A stretch of 37,504 nucleotides of DNA from IMG/VR virus record IMGVR_UViG_3300033076_000428, positions 1 through 37,504 of that record. The stretch is one strand, 5' to 3'. The notes under the pieces are model-generated. The model saw only the letters and a program-made list of their open reading frames with translations, searched no databases and was not told the origin of the DNA. The position numbers and the translations under genes are program-made. Source of the stretch: a virus (taxonomy: Duplodnaviria > Caudoviricetes). Positions 31,701-37,504 of this stretch are shown here, piece by piece (the first letter of the stretch is position 1; the number at the start of each line of letters is the position of its first letter).

Positions 31701-33968
31701 ATAGGCAAGGATTTCGTCAGCGAGCTGGTGTTCGGGCGTGTCGTCGGGCACTTGGCGCAGCGCGTCCACAAAGCCAGCTTCGCCAGCAGCGGCACGCTTT
31801 TGCACTTCTTTGACCAGCTTGCGGTACAGGCCAGCACCGAGCATTTGCTCCATGCCGTAGTGAGCGCCGACCTCGTGCAGCAGCACGCCTTGCGCTTCGT
31901 CAGCGCCGAGGTTGTCGGCCACGAGGTAGGCCTGCTTGCCGTCATACATGCCTTTGGTATCGGCAGGGTGAGGCTGGCCGTCTGCTCGAGCAGGCAGCTC
32001 GTCGACCGTCTGCACGATCTTGACCGCGCCGCTGTCGATGAGCTTGCCGCCTTCGCCGTTGAACGAATCGCGCAACGCTGCTGTGGTTTCCTCAACAGTG
32101 GAGCCAACGCTTTCGCCACGCGAGTACAGCGCCTCGGCTTCTTTGCGCAGGCGCTCGATCATCTCGGGTGATGCGCCCGACTCCTCGAGGTTCTTGATGG
32201 ACTTGTTCAGGCGTTCGACGGCCTCGTCAGCGGCCTTGGTCGCGGCCTCGAGGTTGGCATCCTTCTTGGTGCTGCGCTGCACGCGCTCGTTGGCCTGCGT
32301 CGAGGAGGCTTCGTCGGCCAAGGCAGACGCACTGGGCTGCTGCTGGCGCTTGGCTGCGGCGATCACCTGCTCGGGGGTCATCTTGCCTGCGTCGATGTGG
32401 AAGACAGGCTCAATGTTGACGTTCTGACCTTGGGCAAGGTGTGCAACGGCTGTGGACAAGGCCACCTGACGGGTCTGTGGCGAGGCCATGCCGATCACAA
32501 ACGGGGCAGGGAGCTGATCCATCTGCAAGGTGGCACGGGCCATATCAGCGCCTGCCATGATCTTGTCGGCACGGGCCTGCACCATTGCTTCGTATGCAGG
32601 TGGCACTTCGCCCTTATCCAGCGCCGCGAGCTGCTGCTCTGCTTGACTGGCCTTGGCGTTGCTGTCGATCTTCTGCTCGATGCTGGTCTTGGTGGCCTCG
32701 AGGTCGGCCATAGCCTGCTCGACCTGCTTGCGTGCAGCAGACTCGGCCTCTTTGCGGCTCATGCCCTGCTGCTGGAACTCTTTGGCGCGGCGCTTGAAGT
32801 CGGCTTCATCGAGAGCCGCCAGCTTGCTTTGGGTGTCGGCCAGTTGCTGGCGCAGGGTGGCGATGTCGCCGTTTTCGGCACGGTTGCCTGCCACGCCAAG
32901 CAGGTCGGCGCGGATCGTTTCGCGCAGGTCATTCAGGGCCAGCGCACGGGCTGACTCTGGGGTTGTCTCGTACAGGCGAGCAAACGGGGCTTCTGGCTGC
33001 TCTATGGGCTGGAAACCAGCCTCGCGCACCTGTGGGGGCAGCTCGCCACCTTTGATGCCTGCGGCCTCGCGCATGCGATCAGTCCAGCCTGCCGTGGCCG
33101 CGCCAACGTCCTCGACTTTGCCAGCCATGAGGTCGTTCTGGAATTTCATCACGGTCATGGCATCGTTCACGCCAAGACCTTTGTAGGCCTCCCAAGGGTG
33201 CTGCTTGCCGCCGTAGTTGCGCAAGCCTTCACCAAAGCCGCCGCCAAGCGTGTGCAGGCCACCACCGAACACACCACCGAATGCCACGTTGAGCAGCGAG
33301 TCGGTCATGGTGTAGTCGTTCTGGAGCTGGCGGTTGAAGTTGATCATCATCGGCTCGATAGCCGCTGCGCCCACGACACCCTCAGTGAAGCCAACGCCTG
33401 CGCGGATCGCGGTGCGGCCAGCAAAGCTGCCAGCAGACTGAGCGAGCAGGGCGGTGTAGCGAGCCTCGCCAACGATGGGCACAAGGCCAGTGGCGATGTT
33501 CAAAGGGTCAAGCAGTGAGCCAGCAAAGGCAGCACCAAAGCCGGCCACCGAGCGCAGGCCAGTGGGCGAGCGTTCGATGATGCTGTTGCGTGCTGTGCGG
33601 TCTTGCTGGTTGGTGATCAGGATGTCGAGCGCTTCGGCGCTGATGCCGCTGTCGGGCACGGTGAGCTTGACACCAGCCTCGCTGATCTTCTTGCGAGCAT
33701 CCTCGGCAGGAATCATGGTGACTTGACGGGGCGCTTTGCCTGCGTACTTCATGCCGAACTCAGCCGAGGAGATGCTGTTGTCGAACATCTGCTCGAGCAT
33801 GTCAGTGCCGTGCTGGGCATCCTGCACAGCAGCGACCTGACCAGCCATCGCGGTCGGGCTTTCCAAGAAAGCGCCAACAGCCTTGGCTCCAACGTACTCA
33901 CCGAAGCCCGATTGGTAGTCGGTCAGTGGAGACAGGCTGTTTCGGGTTTCGTCGAGATAGATGGGCAT
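28758..33968 (-). CDS. Large internal virion protein (1736 aa) with polyvalent cargo: MPTase-like metallopeptidase, ART-PolyVal-like ADP-ribosyltransferase, unknown domain, GNAT-like domain
   Basis: N-terminal DPLNIA..Gly-rich hydrophobic segment; LLHEVGAHYG; FKQWFG...G.PLVMYHGT...GFDG...QIKS...G.FDP; NNEVGAKG...LGFE; C-terminal AAAVCGLR. Confidence 0.85.
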   Translation of the reverse strand: MPIYLDETRNSLSPLTDYQSGFGEYVGAKAVGAFLESPTAMAGQVAAVQDAQHGTDMLEQMFDNSISSAEFGMKYAGKAPRQVTMIPAEDARKKISEAGVKLTVPDSGISAEALDILITNQQDRTARNSIIERSPTGLRSVAGFGAAFAGSLLDPLNIATGLVPIVGEARYTALLAQSAGSFAGRTAIRAGVGFTEGVVGAAAIEPMMINFNRQLQNDYTMTDSLLNVAFGGVFGGGLHTLGGGFGEGLRNYGGKQHPWEAYKGLGVNDAMTVMKFQNDLMAGKVEDVGAATAGWTDRMREAAGIKGGELPPQVREAGFQPIEQPEAPFARLYETTPESARALALNDLRETIRADLLGVAGNRAENGDIATLRQQLADTQSKLAALDEADFKRRAKEFQQQGMSRKEAESAARKQVEQAMADLEATKTSIEQKIDSNAKASQAEQQLAALDKGEVPPAYEAMVQARADKIMAGADMARATLQMDQLPAPFVIGMASPQTRQVALSTAVAHLAQGQNVNIEPVFHIDAGKMTPEQVIAAAKRQQQPSASALADEASSTQANERVQRSTKKDANLEAATKAADEAVERLNKSIKNLEESGASPEMIERLRKEAEALYSRGESVGSTVEETTAALRDSFNGEGGKLIDSGAVKIVQTVDELPARADGQPHPADTKGMYDGKQAYLVADNLGADEAQGVLLHEVGAHYGMEQMLGAGLYRKLVKEVQKRAAAGEAGFVDALRQVPDDTPEHQLADEILAYLVQNHKELPLVKRIMAAIKAFIYRVTNGSFGNLSPDDIGQMAVAALKKVSSAEAAANGMMYSNAAKDITKTAAFKQWFGSSQIVDENGKPLVMYHGTAQDIHAFRGKQAGAIFVTKDPKFADDFTEMSKDWMVEHHEEILTREQFKAAQDAAERYIREEFANDPDKADMLAHEMRVGDRLTNIKARSLFNKALAEQMPSGPNILPVYVSAQRPFDYENPQHVAAVVAELNKSTNAWGDPRGEKAKGFIERGNWEEIEKMTTQDAIKAAGFDGFYVKEGKEKNLAVYDPAQIKSVFNKGSFDPNNPEISYARGAKQAIEAQGGDVREVAPLDQIVTSERIPMITLKDLIGKRIIPTIADRTKAGALFTGIDGSKLEAAVPLLGGPNFPLRESNMDAGVVWANRGKSVTSLKKGKMDEGAEYMMVVLGSPDMHQSNTTVSNAMIGQLEAYLRDRRLSKKSAADLTNLIRTTKEADPNVAEALSKFPSLEDSEKAISYLDSISFEARKRVATILSSVKASDMGAPNFQKILDATVEPEYAGNRWGDGVLVVKLNRENPFITLGEDGTQLHPDYPLGMKGEVVGKLSTPVNYELLWQDWLAKAHADAIARGTPAEKINTRRAFELGKPMVEVTADLVQRIGNLNSGNLTPRQAKLVSATMNDRWATSETFGKGGMRSASPTEFWHEMQRSQASAIMPRLEAKEIVDQVRAKTRTIYQLDDGAKEGPASRIYFSLRREEKRVVLDSWLNNEVGAKGYGGATIAKAVAEGATHAEVLAVPTVGHPMGRTVELLKALGFEVDKAKKADLGGKANRADALEYFKRNGWKEGEPEPQLVTLKWSGKDEQRAGFAERYLSGDFAGLRPEGAADHVLAAAHSAEPSNRRTARGGRSGEPDTRANEGDQGQSGAPVGSELRQLAATIGQLSDTELLNLGLTRSELGRIADAEFHAKLVDEVKSITKAFDEGVKDAQGLGEAVNAAAVCGLRN

Positions 33969-36571
33969 TACTTATTCCAAGTCTTGTTGTCTTTGGCCTT
34001 CATGTCAGGAGCTGCTGCTGTGTTCGGCTGCTCGCTGCCTCGGCTCTGCGGTGTCTGCCCCGTCATTCGCTGCCACAGGGAAGGGCCACCGTTCTGGATC
34101 AGCGTGTCCCAAGTGAACTTGAGGTCACGGCCATCTTTGAATTTTACGGGCGTACCAGAGATGGTGTCGTACAGAACCAAGCCCTTTTCGTCGCCCGATG
34201 TCAGCCAGACGGACTGGCCGTTGAACTTGAGCGAGTCGATGTACTGGCGCTTCGCATCCTTGTCGGTCATGCCAGCAGGCGTTGGGGGCAGGGCGATGTC
34301 GTACTTGTCGAGCAAGTCGATGGCGTTCTGAGCGCCGCGCTCGACGGCCCCGACATCGTAGCCCTTGGGGATGCGCGCAGCACCGCTGAACTCGTAGCTC
34401 TTGCCGATCACCTCTTGGTAGGCCTTGGCCGCAGCCTCGCTGGGCTTCATGCCCTGCGCGGTGTAGACAAACGACAGGCGCTTGGCCGAGTCGTAGACGG
34501 CATCAAAGGTGGCAACGCCACCCACTTGGAACGATGTCGAGCGCTTGAACTGGGCAAACTGGTCGTTGAGCTTGTCCTCAACGTCCTTTGCGTCTGTGCT
34601 GGCGATGCCCGACTTGAGGTCGTCCATCTTCATCTTGGCGGTCGAGGCCATCAGCGACTTGGTCGCTGGGCTGATCTCTGGGCCGAGCGTGCCCAACACC
34701 TTCGCCACGGGCGGCAAGTCGGGCGCGAGCTGCTTGTAGACCTCGGGCCAGCGGTTGCCCCATGTGTCGGCCAGTGTTTGCAGCAACTGGGCTGCGTTCT
34801 GACCGCCATCGCCCTGCTGGTTGAATTGGGCGACGATCTGGTCTTTGTAGGGCTTTGTCAGGATTTGTGGGTTGACCACACCAAGGCGCGTCTGCTCGGC
34901 CACCGATGCAGTAGCAAACTTGGCCGCAGCAGCCTTGACCGCCTCGGGGGTCTTGGCCGAAGCAAGCTCACCGAAGGCTTGTTTGACAGGCTCGGAATAC
35001 TTCATGGCGTAGGCGGCAGGGTCTTCGCTGCGCATCTTGACCACGTTGGCCCATGCAGCGTTGAGCTTGCCCATGCGCTCCTGCGCACCAGCGTAGCCAG
35101 CCGACTGAGGATCGACCGACTTCTCGCGTGCGAGCATTTCTTGGAACTGCTCTGGCGTGGCCGTGGTGAGCTTTGACACCATGCCTGCGTACTCTTGCAG
35201 GCCAACATATTCGCGGTAGGCAATCGCACCTTTTTCTGGGCCAAGAAACTTGTTGAACTCGGTGGCCGTCTTGGGCACGCTGTCGGTGATGCCCATATCG
35301 GCGCGTGCCTTGCTGTCTGCAACGCTGTCCTGAAAGCGAGCCAGATCGACCGCATTGACCTGATTCACAGCGGTGGTGGCATGCTCGAGGAAAGAGTGGT
35401 AGCGCGAAGGCTCGATGCTCTTAGCCATCGTGCGCAGGTATTCAGGGATCGCAATCGCCGTGTCGCTGCTGGCACGCAGGTCGTTGGTGCGCGTGTTCCA
35501 CGCCTTTTGATATGGGCCGTACTTCTCAGGGTTCTTGGCAACCAAACCATCGAGGAACTGCTGACGCAGCTCGAGGAACTTGTTGGTATCGCCGCCAGCC
35601 TGCGCAAGCATTTTCTTGGCGCGGTCTGGGCCAGCCAGCACAGCGGTGTCGAATGCAGCCGTAGCAAGCGATGGGTTTTGTGCAGCCAGCTCGTCGCCGC
35701 CGATCTTGTCCCAGTAGCGCTCACGATAGAGCTTGGTCGCGCCCTCTTTTGTGAGGTTCTTCACATCGACATCAGGGTTGTGTTCCTTGTTGATGCCCAT
35801 GTTGACTTCTGCGCCGTTTGCGTCCTTCGGGTTGTAGCCACCCTCGTGCGTGAGCGTGAACTTCAATGCGCTGTCAAAGCCGCCACCAGCCTTGCCGTAG
35901 CCCTCTTTGAGAGCTGCCTCGGCCATCTGTGGGTTTCGCTTGATCTCGCCCCACATCGCTGACTCGGTCAGTGTGCGCAGTGTGGACTGAGCGCGCAGGT
36001 TGCGCTTCTCTGGGTTGGTGTAGCCGCCGTTGGCGATCTGGGTGAGCATGTTCTCTTTGACCAGATCAAACGACTGAGGCTCTTTGGCAACAATGGCCGC
36101 AGCAGTGGCGGTTGACTCGTCGAGCTTCTTGTCGGCAAACGCTTCGCCTGCCTGCGTCTCGAAGTGTTTGGCTTGGCCGTACAGGTGCAGCTCGATGCTG
36201 TTGAGGCGGTCGTGCGCAAACTTCTTGGCCTTGTCGTTGGTGATGCCAGAGAGCAGTTGGTCTTTGCCCTTTTGGAAGCTCTCGAGAAAGCTCTTCGAGA
36301 AGTCGGGCGCGCCATCGGGAGCGTTCTTTTTCAGCTCCTCGAGGTGGTCGATGTTTTGCAGGTAGTAGTCCTGCACGGTCTGGCCTGCGGCCTGCACAGC
36401 ATCGCCGTCTTGCTTTTGCTTGTAGACCTGCTCGGCGTAGGTGATGCCTTCGCCCAGCTTCTGCATGGCTTTGCCAATGCTGCCGTCGAATGCCACGCTT
36501 GCTGCCTGCGGCGTGCCCATGCTGGTGGGCACAAGGGTCTGATCGTAGGTTGGGATTTTGATTGATGCCAT
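33968..36571 (-). CDS. Internal virion protein with a GH108-like lysozyme domain (867 aa)
   Basis: IKIPTY start; FDSALKFTLTHEGGY...NMGI...LTKEGA..LYRERYW...AFDTAV..G at about 35480-35880. Confidence 0.85.
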   Translation of the reverse strand: MASIKIPTYDQTLVPTSMGTPQAASVAFDGSIGKAMQKLGEGITYAEQVYKQKQDGDAVQAAGQTVQDYYLQNIDHLEELKKNAPDGAPDFSKSFLESFQKGKDQLLSGITNDKAKKFAHDRLNSIELHLYGQAKHFETQAGEAFADKKLDESTATAAAIVAKEPQSFDLVKENMLTQIANGGYTNPEKRNLRAQSTLRTLTESAMWGEIKRNPQMAEAALKEGYGKAGGGFDSALKFTLTHEGGYNPKDANGAEVNMGINKEHNPDVDVKNLTKEGATKLYRERYWDKIGGDELAAQNPSLATAAFDTAVLAGPDRAKKMLAQAGGDTNKFLELRQQFLDGLVAKNPEKYGPYQKAWNTRTNDLRASSDTAIAIPEYLRTMAKSIEPSRYHSFLEHATTAVNQVNAVDLARFQDSVADSKARADMGITDSVPKTATEFNKFLGPEKGAIAYREYVGLQEYAGMVSKLTTATPEQFQEMLAREKSVDPQSAGYAGAQERMGKLNAAWANVVKMRSEDPAAYAMKYSEPVKQAFGELASAKTPEAVKAAAAKFATASVAEQTRLGVVNPQILTKPYKDQIVAQFNQQGDGGQNAAQLLQTLADTWGNRWPEVYKQLAPDLPPVAKVLGTLGPEISPATKSLMASTAKMKMDDLKSGIASTDAKDVEDKLNDQFAQFKRSTSFQVGGVATFDAVYDSAKRLSFVYTAQGMKPSEAAAKAYQEVIGKSYEFSGAARIPKGYDVGAVERGAQNAIDLLDKYDIALPPTPAGMTDKDAKRQYIDSLKFNGQSVWLTSGDEKGLVLYDTISGTPVKFKDGRDLKFTWDTLIQNGGPSLWQRMTGQTPQSRGSEQPNTAAAPDMKAKDNKTWNK

Positions 36572-36580
36572 TTTGTTTCC

Positions 36581-37057
36581 TTAACCGCCTTTGCCGCCGC
36601 CAGCAGCCTTTGCTGCCTTTTCCGCGCCATCGAACAGCGCAGCAGTTGCGCCGATCTTGCCAGCTTCGAGCGCCATGTCTGCGTTCTTGCGGTTGACCAT
36701 TGCAGAGTAGCGAAGCTGTTTGGCAGTGTCGGACAGCGTGCGAGCTTTCGTCTGGCCCTCGTAGCGGATTGCCAGTTGGTCGAGCATCGAGTTGACTTCG
36801 TTCTGGTGCAGGATGTCGGCATTGCTGCCCTCGAAGCCGCCACCAGACTGAGCCACAGCAGCCAAGGCCTTGCCCTGTACATCATGAAACTTGCGCAGTT
36901 GTGCTTCCTGCTGCGCGTTGGACTGCTCGTTGGCAACTTGAATGTTGTTTTCAGCGACCGTGGCGTTGTACTCGTCGGACTGCGCCTTCGAGAGATATGT
37001 GCCCTGTGCCGCCTGACCTTCTAGGATCGAGCCTTGTGCTTTGAATACTGCGCCCAT
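36581..37057 (-). CDS. Internal virion protein B-like (T7 gp14/Bbp11-like position)
   Basis: Ala/Gln-rich helix, AQSGG.F.GS..D motif; follows the acetyltransferase-like gene. Confidence 0.72.
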   Translation of the reverse strand: MGAVFKAQGSILEGQAAQGTYLSKAQSDEYNATVAENNIQVANEQSNAQQEAQLRKFHDVQGKALAAVAQSGGGFEGSNADILHQNEVNSMLDQLAIRYEGQTKARTLSDTAKQLRYSAMVNRKNADMALEAGKIGATAALFDGAEKAAKAAGGGKGG

Positions 37058-37482
37058 TATGAAACCCTCGCGTATAGGTCGGTGTCTAAGCCATTGGGCG
37101 TGTACGCACGCATGCAGCCCTCTCGCTCAAACCCCAGCATTTGCATCCAGCGATGGCCTTCTGCGAAGTCGCTTGTGACAGTCGTTTCCACGCGCCTGCA
37201 TGGATGCAGACGCAGTGCGCGCTCGGTCATCTTGTGGATGTAGAAAAACTTGCGGCCAGCGTCCTTGGCGATCAATGCCCACACCTGTGCGCGGCCTTGC
37301 CAAATGTTGAGCATGCCAATGCAGGCGACGACCTTCTCTCCATCGAGCGCCGTGTATGACGGCCCTGCTGCTTTCAGGCTCGCCCCGTATTCGGGATCAG
37401 TGAGTAGGTGTTGCAGCATGGCTTGGCTCGGTTGAAGTAGAAGGTCTTTTAAATGCTCTGGCTCAAATGGGACAGTCCTCAT
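37057..37482 (-). CDS. GNAT-fold tail-module protein (internal virion protein A/T7 gp13-like)
   Basis: RRVETTV...F..GHRW.QMLGFEREG.MRAY; directly after tail tubular B. Confidence 0.8.
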   Translation of the reverse strand: MRTVPFEPEHLKDLLLQPSQAMLQHLLTDPEYGASLKAAGPSYTALDGEKVVACIGMLNIWQGRAQVWALIAKDAGRKFFYIHKMTERALRLHPCRRVETTVTSDFAEGHRWMQMLGFEREGCMRAYTPNGLDTDLYARVS

Positions 37483-37504
37483 CGGTCGAATGTGTGTACT
37501 TGCG
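37479..37504 (-). CDS. 3' end of tail tubular protein B (…PQVHTFDR*), joined from position 1
   Basis: C(1)+CG CAA GTA CAC ACA TTC GAC CGA TGA; the TGA overlaps the ATG of the next gene. Confidence 0.85.

Larger units (their letters stand above)
1..37504. mobile_element. Complete circularly permuted podovirus-like phage genome (BPP-1/epsilon15-like virion module, lambdoid-type replication/recombination genes)
   Basis: Full set of packaging, head, tail, lysis and replication genes; reading frame continuous across the 1/37504 junction; no host genes seen. Confidence 0.93.

Noticed and set aside
29181-32171. 996-aa plus-strand ORF
   Set aside because: Antisense shadow of the 1736-aa gene; high-GC codon bias removes stops on the opposite strand; no motifs or RBS
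37057-37482. GNAT gene as a toxin or auxiliary metabolic gene
   Set aside because: The position after tail tubular B is the usual slot of the gp13-like virion assembly protein

Overview
The window looks like a complete, circularly permuted 37,504-bp tailed-phage genome. The tail tubular protein B gene runs off position 1 and continues in frame at 37504, stopping at 37479. The virion module is podovirus-like, of the BPP-1/epsilon15 type: TerS, TerL, portal, scaffold, major capsid, cement, tail tubular A/B, internal virion (ejectosome) proteins and several tail-fibre/adhesin genes. The early genes are lambdoid-style: Cro-like HTH, RusA, SSB, a DUF1376/YdaU-type initiator with an internal iteron origin, a P-like loader, YqaJ/RecT and an Xis-like HTH. 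I found no integrase, CI repressor, DNA/RNA polymerase, tRNA, CRISPR array or DGR. The small-gene families suggest a freshwater Betaproteobacterial host (inference). The most notable points are: (1) a 1736-aa internal virion protein carrying a polyvalent cargo (metallopeptidase, ADP-ribosyltransferase, an unknown domain and a GNAT-like domain); (2) a Dps/ferritin-like gene in the head operon whose N-terminus matches the scaffold N-terminus; (3) a structured RNA leader with two mirror-image internal loops before the capsid gene; (4) a C4/CI-like structured leader that buries the RBS of the replication initiator; (5) a 19-bp operator family (YGWTGC-N7-GCAWCR) at several promoters and as a triplet at the convergence point; (6) an expanded lysis/envelope cassette; (7) apparent CCGG/CCWGG avoidance. 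All family assignments come from motif recognition by eye; no searches were run.
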